DNA of 64,000 bases from Octopus sinensis (lineage: Eukaryota): assembly GCF_006345805.1 (NCBI RefSeq), contig NC_043006.1, forward strand, positions 30,380,001-30,444,000. The letters are read 5' to 3'. Numbering within the stretch: position 1 is the stretch's first letter; the number at the start of each line of letters is the position of its first letter. The notes below the pieces were generated by a model. The model had not been told where the DNA came from. It did no database searches and was given only the letters and a program-made list of their open reading frames with translations. The position numbers and the translations under genes were made by a program. Positions 14,401-25,354 of this stretch are shown in pieces.

Positions 14401-17400
14401 AGTCGACATTGAAGGATGATGATGATGGTGACAACATCTGCTGGCAATTTCATGTTATCATTCACTCTGCCTAGTAAATGCGTTACTTTGATTTGAGGCC
14501 TGATCTTTTGAAATTCATTTATTGTCAGGAACTGTCAGAAAAGACAGAAATATGGGGTCTTGCAGATAAATTGAGACAATTTTTATGATGCATAAAACTG
14601 GTTATAAATACTAAAAGAATGGTAGTAGACAGATATAATTTTAATGTAGCATTTATTACAATGAAAACATATATCACTCAATACAGCTGCTTTTTGGGGC
14701 AATTACTGCCTCCACATGAGAAGGAAATTTTTTTGCAGCTGCTGCAACCTCCACCTTTTTGCTTTTGTGTCACGTGCACAATGCAGGTCTTCAAACTGTT
14801 GACTCTCAAGTGTGGTGAAACATTTGTCCTTGAATGAAGCATGCCCCATAAAAAGTAATCAAGAAGATTGAGATCTGGGCTATTACTGGATCAGATGTTA
14901 CCATCACAAAAAATGGCATCTTCTTAACCAAGGAAGGCTTGTGTTGCTTTTGACCCATGGCATGGTACAGAATCCTGGATAAACACCACATTGTCAAGCC
15001 CAAACTTCTGCTCCATCCAAGGTAACAGAGAGTTCTTCAAGATGTCCAGATACTCCTTTGTGCTGATCTTCAAGCCAGACTCTGTGGATCCATAACACTT
15101 CCCTCACTCACCATGACTCTAAATACCTATTTATTTACTACCCACAAGGGGATAAACACAGAGGGGACAAACAAAGATAGACAAACAGATTAAGTCGATT
15201 ACATCGACCCCAGTGCATAACTGGTACTTAATTTATCGACCCCGAAAGGATGAAAGGCAAAGTCAACCTCGGTGGAATTTGAACTCAGAACATAACGGCA
15301 GACGAAATACGGCTATACATTTCGCCGAGTGTGCTAACGTTTCTGCCAGCTCACCACCTTAACATGGCTCTAAATACCATCACAGAGGTAGGATTCTTAG
15401 TCTCGAACACAGGTGGTACATCAAAAGGGTTGTATACAATCATTCAAGAATTTCTGCGATTCATCTCAGCATCCACAGTGCACTTCTTGTCTACAAACAA
15501 GAGTTTTTCCTGCACCTTGATGCTTGATGAATGACAGAAGCTTGGCTCTGATTGCTTTGACCTTGGCTGTTAGGAGGCGAAGGTGTCGTCAAACATAGCT
15601 AGTTATGCCAAGGTTCCTGTTCACAACTCTGGACACCATGGAAAGGGATACATTGTTGTCATGGATGTGGATAGATTGGCTTCAACTGAATGTTTGAGGC
15701 CAGCAAGAAACTTTGAATTGCAATTAGAATCACTTTGAGTCTTGTGTTCTTTTCTATCAGTCTTTCCCACTTCTTTAAACTGTTGCTTATGGAAGTTTCG
15801 TCAGCTTATCAATTTTATTGGCAATGTGCCTGGCATGCACCAAAACAACAATGGTGGAACAATTTTGTTGTTCCATGACTTTCTGTTTTTGAATCAGTTC
15901 AGAATTTCAAGCCAGCAAGTTTTTGTCCAGAAATGAAACGTTAAACACACCAAATCAACTTGCTTAAAATTAGTTTCAATTTATCTGCAAGACCCTGTAT
16001 ATCCTTTATTATTTTTTTTTTTCTTATCAATTCCAATTTTGACTTTGTTCTTATTTTATGCTAAATTCATTCACAGACAGTAATCAGAATCTTTTGAGTT
16101 TTTCAAATATTTTTCCAATTTTAACAATCCTGCTGGGGTTGATTTAAAAAAACAAACTTCAATTCTTTCTGCAAAACTTACTCATAATATTCTGATGTCC
16201 AAGCCAGAGAAACATTTCTCTCTGCTTCATGCTACTAACTCAACAGCTACACACTGATTTGATGTTTGTGTCAATGCCATTATCAATGGATCATTCCATC
16301 AGAACCAAAATTCTTTTGTTTTAGGAATGGTATTGAAAAGTTGGCCCGGGGAATTGGTATTGCTAAAGATCTTGAGCAGATTGAAATTCAAGCAAAGTAA
16401 GTTCACATTTTGTCATTTTAAAGTTCTTTGTTTTCTTTTTTTGTCTGTCAGTCTCATAATCCCTTTTAATCCACGCTATCAGTATCGTCTGACAGTCTCA
16501 TCACCCCTTTTAATCCACACGATCGATATTCCTCAAGTAATTATAAAATAGAAAATAACTGAGATCATTCAGCTTAATTTTGTATGTATTTAGGAAAAAG
16601 GCATTTCTAAAGAATGTAATCTTGCCGGAGATCAAAGTCTATACCAGAAATCCTCTAGACTAGATGCTGTCATAACTAATCTGGGATCTCATGATTCTGA
16701 ATTTGAAGTTTCACTTTTCGACCTTCAATGCTAATGTTGAGTCGCAATTAAATGATTAACTATGCTTCCACTAACACCAAGAAATGTGCCCCACTTTAGC
16801 TTTTAAACTGGTCATATCTGGCCCCAATATTCTACCTATTCTATGTTCATACCATCCAGATCCAACTTTTCACACTTACCCTACAATGTCATTCAAAAAA
16901 TAAACAGTCACATCATTGAAATCTCAAAGCTACAAGATAATGCAAGATTAATTCAAAACAATGTGATTAAATAAGGATTACATTTAACAGAGTAATCTGA
17001 ATTCTGAAGCTTAGTCAATCAAAATCTCTATTGAAGTTGAAATATTAAAGATTAATAGTTTGTGAGACTAAAATTGACACAAGGAGAACCATGTAGTTGA
17101 GAGGTTCACCTCATAACCTGCTAGTTCTGGGGTCAATCACATTGCACTGGAATTTGGTTGAGATTTTTCTACTGTGACCTCCACATGTTGATCAGTGTTT
17201 TCTCATTGGATTTTTGTTGGTAGAAAGTTGTTAGGAAGTTGACCATTTGTGTGGGAGTGAAACAGCGTAAAGAAAAGAACATGTGTACGGAGGATGATCT
17301 AAAGATAGAGAACTTAAAAGATGTGATCTGCATAATTCCAGTGATCTGCTGGCAGATGCTGTGAGGTTGTATTGCTGAAAAGTTGTTTAATGAATGAGTG

Positions 17401-18425
17401 AATTAAAAAAAGAAAGGGAAAACAAATGTCAACAATTGAATGGTTGTTAGGCTTGTCTTAATAATGTTACTCCACCACATTGCTATATCACAGACTAAAA
17501 ACTGGTGTCAAAGGCTTTGCTGGAAGTAAAGCAGCAATGAAGTTTATAAATCAGTCGAGCAGAAGAGAGAGTTCAAAATTTATTCTATTCACTGGTTGAT
17601 CCTTTTAAATATTAATCAGTAACAATGTGTTGCAATGAAGATTTAGACACAAATATGGTACCTTTATCAGCAGAAATAGTACCTCTAGGACTCTCTAGTG
17701 GAGAAGTGTTTCTGCAAAATTGGTGTGTTGCACAGGTTTTAGAGTATGTCCACTGTATTGTGGTATGTTGTGAAAGGCAAGCAAAAGGATTGCCATGAAA
17801 AAGAGCATCCAACTATAAAATATTCCTGAGAAAGGCTTGGAAGACATGATGAGGGGTATAAGCATTTCTGATCACAATTCACATTGTTTAATATCTTTGG
17901 ATGTATCAGTGGGGCAACACACATACCAATCCCTTGAAGCAAGGACCTTCTTTGGGCCCCCCCAGTACCTGGTGCAGTACCTATTGCGACTGACAAAACC
18001 ATTCTAGCTTCTCCATCTCTTTACAGAATTAAAATCACTGCTTGGATAACATTTTACTTTCACTGGAAGATTTCAAATCTGTTGTATGTTCCATTGTGGT
18101 AGGGTAGGAAGTTTTAACTCTGTTTTACTGGTAAAATTAAACAAAACAGATTTACTGGAAAAGATTACTCACTGATGGACATTTCTCACTGCAAATGGCC
18201 ACTCAGTTTGCTAAGAGAGACAGATTCATCCTTTTCCCTATCTGCACCCTTTGTTTAAGAAATATAACAAATTGATTTTAAGTATTATTACTACACATAG
18301 TTTTATAATCACTTTTGTTGATGTTTATTTTTCTCTCAACTTTCAGGAGTCCTTTAGGTGAAAATCTGACTGAGGAAGTTTCAAAAGTTAAATTGAAGCT
18401 AGAAAGATTAAAATTTGATGTATAA
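1940..18425 (+). CDS. OSGEPL1: Mitochondrial tRNA N6-threonylcarbamoyltransferase (OSGEPL1/Qri7, TsaD-like), 5'-partial, 8 coding exons: join(1940-2034,4961-5023,6759-6888,8418-8622,10176-10321,11348-11478,16325-16396,18347-18425)
   Basis: All introns are GT-AG with matching phases; total 921 nt = 306 aa + TAA. Motifs: AIAVTVKPGLSLSLAVG, IHHMEAH (metal-binding HxxxH), LASGGH, APGDVFDKVAR, NFSFSG, VVSGGVACN, CTDNGIMVAWNG; C-terminus KSPLGENLTEEVSKVKLKLERLKFDV*. N-terminal exons (GIETSCDD-type motif) were not found in 1-1939. Confidence 0.93.
4961..5023 (+). CDS. OSGEPL1: OSGEPL1 exon (KPIIPIHHMEAHALTVRMKQ)
   Basis: ccttcag| and |gtaagt, 63 nt, HHMEAH motif. Confidence 0.95.
6759..6888 (+). 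CDS. OSGEPL1: OSGEPL1 exon (VNFPFLVLLASGGH...APGDVFDK)
   Basis: gtatag| and |gtaagg, 130 nt. Confidence 0.95.
7275..8168 (-). mobile_element. Mariner transposon relic, internally deleted
   Basis: VQKWAAEFRRGR..SLEDD.RSG, DDRRLTINQI, TQDEHWVHHFE, and C-terminal PNMKK...QHKWKKCVNLKGNYVEK*; one TIR-like end TA|CGAGAG...AAAAGT at 8168; left boundary approximate. Confidence 0.75.
8418..8622 (+). CDS. OSGEPL1: OSGEPL1 exon (VARSLKL...DCNFSFSG...EKDQ)
   Basis: ttttcag| and |gtaagt, 205 nt. Confidence 0.93.
10176..10321 (+). CDS. OSGEPL1: OSGEPL1 exon (IKGDAIISNAADLCASFQ...KEKTL)
   Basis: attatcag| and |gtaaga, 146 nt. Confidence 0.92.
10692..11061 (+). mobile_element. Non-autonomous Helitron (370 bp)
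   Basis: A|TC 5' end, CTAG|T 3' end, terminal GC-rich hairpin; 5' end shared with 11892. Confidence 0.75.
11348..11478 (+). CDS. OSGEPL1: OSGEPL1 exon (VVSGGVACNQF...CTDNGIMVA)
   Basis: ccattag| and |gtaagt, 131 nt. Confidence 0.95.
11892..13034 (+). mobile_element. Non-autonomous Helitron (about 1.14 kb)
   Basis: A|TCTCTCTCTATATAAACGGCA start; CCCGG-GCAATG-CCGGG hairpin then CTAG|T. Confidence 0.75.
13480..13997 (+). mobile_element. RTE LINE 3' fragment with (GAT)n tail
   Basis: GVQERQLHWYGHV...GRSRPRKTW; 3' UTR ending in gatgatgat. Confidence 0.8.
14553..15997 (-). mobile_element. Degenerate DD37D (maT-type) Tc1/mariner element with nested SINE
   Basis: TA-flanked TIRs (T/C)(G/A)GGGTCTTGCAGATAAATTGA; motifs FVDKK, QD...SPDLNLLDY with 37 residues between the two Asp after correcting one +1 frameshift. 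Confidence 0.75.
15123..15356 (-). mobile_element. tRNA-derived SINE inserted in the maT element
   Basis: GAGCTGGCAGAAACGTTAGC head, GAGTTCAAATTCC B-box; partial relatives near 2330-2420 and 61590-61750. Confidence 0.75.
16325..16396 (+). CDS. OSGEPL1: OSGEPL1 exon (NGIEKLARGIGIAKDLEQIEIQA)
   Basis: ttttag| and |gtaagt, 72 nt; completes the AW-NG motif. Confidence 0.9.
18347..18425 (+). CDS. OSGEPL1: OSGEPL1 last coding exon (SPLGENLTEEVSKVKLKLERLKFDV*)
   Basis: tttcag| acceptor, phase consistent, resembles the PLG-containing C-terminus of the family, TAA at 18423-18425. Confidence 0.85.
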
Positions 18426-19079
18426 AATGGCTGTTTGCTCTTCTAGAGAGAGATTTTCCATGCTTCCCTGCCATCAGTTGTTCTTGATTAGCGTCGATAC
18501 CCTGCTTTTGTTAAATGAAAACTTGCTATCAAGTGTGAAGTTGGAGGACTGCAATATTCCAAGTTTGTCATCAGAAACATTATCTTGAACTATCAAAGAA
18601 CAATAATGTTCATATGACTTTTTTTGGGGGTGGGTGAAGCTATGACTTTGCCCTGTATATTTTTACAACTTTTTTTTTATAATTTATTAAAAGGTATTTT
18701 GTATTTATTGATGTGTATTTTGTTTTTAGAGATGAAAAGTGACAACTGTGTGATGTGTTTATTTACTAAAGGTAACATGTCTATAAAGATGAAAAGAAGA
18801 GAAAGTGATAAGAGTGAGAATGTAGAAAGTGAGGAGTAGAGGGAGAGTCAGTAATGACTGGCAGTGCAGAAGGAATGATGGTATATCAAATGCTATATTC
18901 CATATTTACACCGACAGAAAATACAGTAAGTAGATGGAAGTGTGAGTGAAGAGAGGGTGAATGATGGGGGGATGTGTGATAGGGAGAGAACCAAAGACAG
19001 GAAATAGATATGCACTTGGCAAGTGTGTGTGTCTATATAAATATACATGTCCAAGCACCGACATTTTCTTGAGCATGAT

Positions 19080-20110
19080 GCTTGAGCAGGACACAGAAGA
19101 TGTTGCTGATGAGAGTGAAGTCTACATCAGATACTGTCTTTGTGGCAACTTGTTTAACTCTGATGACTACAGACCTGCATGAAAGCCCTGGAGCAAGTGA
19201 TCTGAGACCCCTCTTTCCCAACAATGCTGCCCCTGTTGCCTACCCAGAAACACCCTTGTAGCACATCACTTCCTGCTTTGCGGAGGCTGCCTGGCTCTTT
19301 GGGCTAGGAGTCAGCTTAATGAAGATGGAGGTACTCCACTAGCCTGTATCCCAGAAAGAATACGACCTTCCCCACATCACCATTGGTGAGACTATATTGT
19401 AAACAGTCCATTGGTTCACCTCCCTGAGGTGCACCATCAACGGGGAAATCAGAAACAGAGTGGCAAAGGTGAATAGTGCATTTGGCAGACTGTACAAATG
19501 CATGTGGAACAACAAACACCCAAGAAAGAGTACCAAGATCAGCATGTAGGGAGCCTTAGCCCTTAACCACCCTCCTATATGGCTCAGAGTCATAGGTTAC
19601 TTATTGCCACCATCTACAACTCTGAACGCTTCCACCAGTGCTGCCTCCAACCCATCAACTGGAGTGACCTAATCACCAATGTTGAAGTCCCTAAACAGGC
19701 AGAGGCCATGCTGCTGAAGTCCCAGCTCTGCTAGTTGGCCATATCTCCAAGATGAAGTCATCAGCACCTACCCAGGTTCATGCTGTACAATGAACTCTCC
19801 ACCAACTATCACAACAGACGGGCACCAAAGAAATATGTGAAAAAATCCCTTGGTGCCTGTCATATCAACCATCACTAGTGGCCCACCCCAGCCAAGGACT
19901 GTGATACCTAGCAACTCACCATCAATCATGCTGTCTCCTCCATGCAGGGCCACTCTCAAATGCACAGGAGGAAGAACTACTACACCGCATCATCGAATGC
20001 TGACCAGACCTTCAACTGTAGCCACTGCAGTTGTGCATATCTGTCCTTCATTGGCCTTGGCAGCAGCCATGAGTATACCTGCAGTCAATGAGGACCAGCT
20101 CCTTCTTAAT
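19080..20110 (+). mobile_element. Degenerate RTE (BovB-like) LINE RT C-terminal fragment
   Basis: EIRNRVAKVNSAFGRLYKCMWNNK, LLYGSES, ITNVEV remnants with frameshifts; distinct from the dominant RTE family here. Confidence 0.65.
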
Positions 20111-20670
20111 CTCTGTAAAGCCAAGAAGAATATATATATACACACATATATATATACATAAAGTTTATTGTAATATATAGATTCATGTGGCTATCATGTA
20201 AAGCTCTTCTAGTGAACCTGGCTATCAGACCACATAGTCATCCAATACAGAGGCATATAACGCAGAGAAGCCATGCAGCTGAAAAGCAGATGATCTGATC
20301 AATGAAATTATTTCAAGAGGAATATACAAACCATAAAACATCAGAAGTTGCAAGAGGTAAATATATTTATTTAATCACTTTGTTATCCTTAGGATTGCGA
20401 CCATACACATACATGTATATATGTCGCTTAAACTGTCAACTGATTCTAAGGACTGTTGCAGGCATTTGAGAAAATCTATTTCCCATAAGCTCTTAGTGCT
20501 TATTACCCTTCTCCATTGGCTACTTGCAAGGTTTGCCTTCTCCATTCGCCCACCTATCGTTCCATCACATCTCTTGTACATTCATAGCTTTTGCAAAATT
20601 TGTGCATATAGATATGCAAGCGTGTATATATATATATGTATATACATATGCATATACACGTATATGCATG

Positions 20671-20702
<32 letters not shown>

Positions 20703-21186
20703 ATATATATACATATATATGCTAGCATGGAAAACGGACGCTAAACGATGATGATGATGACATACACTCATATAATACCAATTCGTATAATTTATCAACT
20801 AATTAAATAGGAACATCCAAATCCAACAGAATAAAACAATATACATAAGTAAGATAATACCATAAAAATAATACATATAAAATGGATCTTACAGCTGTTT
20901 CAGTCTGTAGATAAAGGTATCTCATTGTGCCTATATTAGTCATGTATTGAGGTAATATGCATTGGTCTCAACTCTCCCCCCTCCTCATCTAACCTCCCCC
21001 CCGACTCCTACTTCTCTTCAGTCCTTCATCTTTTCACCCCTACTCTCTTTCCTTCCTCTTTTTTCTTCCCTCTTCCCCTTCTCTCTGCTCCCTCACTCCC
21101 CTTCCCCTATCCTCCTCTCCCACCCCCTCCTCTTCTTCTCTCCCTCTCACCTTTCCTCTTCTCCCTCCCCTCTTTTCTCTCTTCTT

Positions 21187-21512
21187 TAAAAGACTCCGCC
21201 GGTTACGACGACGAGGGTCCCAGCTGATACGATCAACGGAACAGCTTGCTCGTGAAATTAACGTGCAAATGGCTGAGCATTCCACAGACACGTGTACCCT
21301 TAACGTAGTTCTCGGGGATAATCAGCGTGACACAGAGAGTGACAAGGCTGACCCTTTGAAATACAAGTACAACTCATTTTTGCCAGCTGAGTGGACTGGA
21401 GCAACGTGAAATAAAGTGTCTTGCTCAAGGACACAACGCGTCGCCGGGAATCGAACTCACAACCTTACGATCATGAGCCGAATGCCCTAACCACTAAGCC
21501 ACGCGCCCTCAC
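21187..21512 (-). mobile_element. tRNA-derived SINE, near full length
   Basis: A-box TGGCTTAGTGG, B-box GAGTTCGATTCC, then GTGTCCTTGAGCAAGACACTT central domain; relatives at about 4610-4810, 37065-37200, 37391-37650 and 45985-46092. Confidence 0.85.
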
Positions 21513-21764
21513 TCTTTTCTCTCTACACTACACCATACGACATTACACATCACATCATACATACATACACACGTCCAGACCTTTCATACGCACTACATAC
21601 TCTCTCATACACACACGCACCCTTATGTTGGGGCGAAGTCATTTGACCCTGTTATCTCCCCTATTTTCGCTCTTGCGTCTCACGTTTGATCTCTGACTTC
21701 TGGCTGGAATCAGATCGCCATGTTGAATCGCTAGCTTCTGCACGCATTGTTTCTTTTCTATGTA

Positions 21765-21802
21765 TCTTTCTGTTGAAGAGCGTAGGCTCGAAACGTAAAA
21801 GA
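21765..21802 (+). ncRNA. Minimal type I hammerhead-ribozyme-like motif (A6U core variant) in a Penelope-type repeat
   Basis: TCTTT-CTGTTGA-A-GAGC(GTAG)GCTC-GAAAC-GTA-AAAGA; 5-bp stem I, 4-bp stem II, palindromic ACGT stem III. Confidence 0.6.
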
Positions 21803-21897
21803 CTTGTTTTATTTATATTCCTGAGCGCCATACTAATACAATTGTTTGTTTGTACTCCACCTGCCTTCGTCTTTGTTTATTTTCATAAAGCTTCCCG

Positions 21898-21933
<36 letters not shown>

Positions 21934-22081
21934 TTAGATATGCATATATATATATATATATGCATATATGTATATAGATATGCATATATATATGCATATA
22001 TGTATATACATGTATATATATATATATATGCATATATGTATATACATGTATATATATATATATATGCATATATGTATATAC

Positions 22082-23948
22082 ATCATCATCATCATCATCA
22101 TCATTTAGCGTCCGTTTTCCATGCTAGCATGGGTTGGACGGTTCAACTGGGGTCTGGGGAGCCCGAAGGCTGCACCAGGCCAGTCAGATCTGGCAGTGTT
22201 TCTACAGCTGGATGCCCTTCCTAACGCCAACCACTCCGAGAGTGTAGTGGGTGATTTTATGTGCCACCGACACAGGTGCCAGACGAGGCTGGCGAACGGC
22301 CACGCTCGGATGGTGTTTTTATGTGCACCGACACAGGTGCCAGACGAGGCTGGCAGACGGCCACGCTCGGATGGTGTTTTTATGTGCCACCGACACAGGT
22401 GCCAGACGAGGCTGGCAGACGGCCACGCTCGGATGGTGTTTTTATGTGCCACCGACACAGGTGCCAGATGAGGCTGGCAGGTGCCAGACGAGGCTGGCAG
22501 ACGGCCACGCTCGGATGGTGTTTTTATGTGCCACCGACACAGGTGCCAGATGAGGCTGGCGGACGGCCACGATCGGATGGTGTTTGTTACGTCCCCAAAG
22601 CACGGAGGCCAGTCTATGCGGTACTGGCTACGGCCACGTTCGGATGATTTTCTTGTGTGCCACCGGCACTGGTACCACAAAGATACAAATTCCATTTATG
22701 CTCATCTATTTTGATTTGTTTTGATTTGATTTGATTTTCACTTGCCTCAACAGGTCTTCACAAGTGTCACAAGAAGGAAGGTATGCACAGGTGGACTGTC
22801 TACGTCGCCGGTCTTCGGATGGTGTCTTTATGTGCCACCGACACAGGTGCCAGATGTGGCTGGCGAACGGCCACGATCGGATGGTTTTCTTGTGTGCCAC
22901 CGGTACTGGAACCACAAAGATACAAATTCCATTGATGTTCATCTATTTTGATTTGGTTTGATTTTCACTTGCCTCAACAGGTCTTCACAAGTGTCACGCG
23001 TGTCACACACTTGCCTCAACAGGTCTCCACAAGTGTCACACACTTGCCTCTGCCTCAACAGGTCTTCACAAAGTGTCACACACTTGCCTCTGCCTCAACA
23101 GGTCTTCACAAGTGTCATAAGAGGGAAGGTATGCACAGGTGGACTGACTACGTCGCCGGGTCTTTGGATGGTGTTTTTATGTGCCACCGACACAGGTGCC
23201 AGGTGAGGCTGGCGAACGGCCACGATCAGATGGTGTTTGTTGTGCCCACAGCACGGAGGCCAGTCGATGCGGTACCAGCTACGGCCACTTCGGATGGTTT
23301 TCTTGTGTGCCACCGGTACTGGAACCACAAAGATACAAATTCCATTGATATTCATCTATTTTGATTTGGTTTGATTTTCACTTGCCTCAACAGGTCTTCA
23401 CAAGTGTCACACACTTGCCTCAACAGGTCTTCACAAGTGTCATAAGAGGGAAGGTATGCACAGGTGGACTGACTACGTCGCCGGGTCTTCGGATGGTGTC
23501 TTTATGTGCCACCGGCACAGGTGCCAGATGAGGCTGGCGAACGGCCACGATCGGATGGTGTTTGTTGTGCCCACAGCACGGAGGCCAGTCGATGCGGTAC
23601 TGAGGGAAGGTATGCACAGGTGGACTGACTACGTCGCCGGGTCTTCGGATGGTGTCTTTATGTGCCACCGGCACAGGTGCCAGATGAGGCTGGCGAACGG
23701 CCACGATCGGATGGTGTTTGTTGTGCCCACAGCACGGAGGCCAGTCGATGCGGTACTGGTTACGGCCACGTTTGGGTGGTTTTCTTGTGTGCCACCGGCA
23801 CTGGTACCACAAAGAATACAATTCCACTGATGTTCATCTATTTTGATTTGTTTTGATTTGATTTGATTTTCACTTGCCTCAACAGGTCTTCATAAGTGTC
23901 ACAAGAAGGAAGGTATGCACAGGACTGACTACGTCCCAGGTCGGGGCC
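22082..23948 (-). repeat. RTE 3' UTR with internally amplified minisatellite/higher-order array
   Basis: (CAT)n tail at 22081-22104; about 60-bp GTGCCACCGACACAGGTGCCAG... units; larger units recurring near 22678, 22916, 23328 and 23810; 156-bp tandem duplication 23446-23757. Confidence 0.85.
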
Positions 23949-24188
23949 GTATATATATATATATATGCATATATGTATATACATGTATATATATATATAT
24001 ATGCATATATGTATATACATGTATATACATATATATGCATATATGTATATACATGTATATATATATACATGTATATGCATATATATATATATATATAATT
24101 TTAATCCAAACGGGAAACAAAAAAACAACAACAATGGAACAATTACAGTATTATTATTAATAGGCGCTCAGGAAATGGAAGCAGGGAG

Positions 24189-24223
24189 GTATGACGTTTC
24201 GAGCGGAGCTCTTCGTCGGAAAC
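24189..24223 (-). ncRNA. Minimal type I hammerhead-ribozyme-like motif (U4C core variant) in a Penelope-type repeat
   Basis: Minus strand GTTT-CCGACGA-A-GAGC(TCC)GCTC-GAAAC-GTC-ATAC; stem I has 3 of 4 pairs. Confidence 0.55.
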
Positions 24224-24639
24224 ATAAAGAAGGAAGAGAGAGGAAAGAAAGATCCCAGAGCGGGCAACAGGGAAAGAGAAAAAAGACGACTGGTGTTTAC
24301 GAGTTGCACATGGTGAAAGGCGGAAGTTTACGATAACAGAGCAAAGTGGGTTTTTAAAGGCAAAAGAGTGGAGATAAGGTTGGTAACGCAACAGATGTGT
24401 GTGTATGTGTGAATGTGTGCGTGTGCGTATGTGTGTGTGTGAGGCGAGATGAAAAAACAAAAAAATATATGTGTGTGTTAGTGTGTGCGTCTGTGTGTAG
24501 GCGTGTGAGGTAGGGCGAGACTAGTGGTCAGCTTGGCAGACAAGGTCAGTAGTAAGAAAAAGAAGGAAGGAGGAAGGGAGGGAGGGGAAGGGGTGGGGGC
24601 GTATGTAGCGTGCCAGCGTGTGTTGAGTAGTAGTGTGTG

Positions 24640-24792
24640 TGTATATATATATATATATATACATGTATATGCATATATATATATATATACATATATATGT
24701 ATATACATGTATATGCATATATATATACATACACATATATGCGTATATGTATATACATGTATATGCATATATATATATATACACATATATGC

Positions 24793-24823
<31 letters not shown>

Positions 24824-24943
24824 TATATGCGTTTATGTATATGCATATATATATATATTTATATATATGCATATATATATATATATATGCATATATATAT
24901 ATATGCATATATATATATATATATATACATACGTATACCTATG

Positions 24944-24985
<42 letters not shown>
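24640..24985. repeat. Compound (TA)n/(TATATGCA)/(CA)n microsatellite; similar blocks at 20620-20720, 21900-22080 and 23950-24097
   Basis: Seen directly; source of the spurious YIYI-rich ORFs. Confidence 0.95.
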
Positions 24986-24987
<2 letters not shown>

Positions 24988-25250
24988 ACTAAAAATAATG
25001 GTGTCTGAGAGACACCACCATGCCGAAATAGCAGTCAAGACCCTGACTTTAAAAACCACGTTAAATGTTCATATCATACCATGAGATAAGGCATGAGATT
25101 GAATTATTCAATAATATTTTTTGCTAGTCTATTTTGTCCCTCTGTCTAATCTCATGGTATGATATGAACATTTAACGTGGTTTTTAAAGTCAGGGTTTTG
25201 ACTGCTATTTCGGCATGGTGGTGTCTCTCAGACACCATTATTTTTAGTTG
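24986..25250. mobile_element. TA-flanked MITE, 265 bp, about 104-bp TIRs
   Basis: Arms 24986-25089 and 25148-25250 nearly perfectly complementary (AACTAAAAATAATGGTGTCTGAGAGACACC...); TA on both sides suggests Tc1/mariner superfamily. Confidence 0.8.
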
Positions 25251-25314
25251 TAAAAAAATTATTACCTTTGTACGGTATTTTTTCCCATGCTGGCCACTTG
25301 ATAATATCGATATT

Positions 25315-25354
<40 letters not shown>

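Noticed and set aside
17430-17900. Possible CR1/L2 LINE relic in an OSGEPL1 intron
   Set aside because: Too decayed; no diagnostic motif could be read with confidence.
21440-21512. tRNA-like sequence with A and B boxes
   Set aside because: It continues into a SINE body and has several diverged copies; not a tRNA gene.
22105-23856. Overlapping repetitive ORFs up to 196 aa on both strands
   Set aside because: Stop-poor frames of the GC-rich RTE 3' UTR array; no domain motifs.
20421-25059. Many 60-150-aa ORFs rich in YI/YIC/HT and poly-His
   Set aside because: These are translations of (TA)n, (CA)n and (CAT)n microsatellites.
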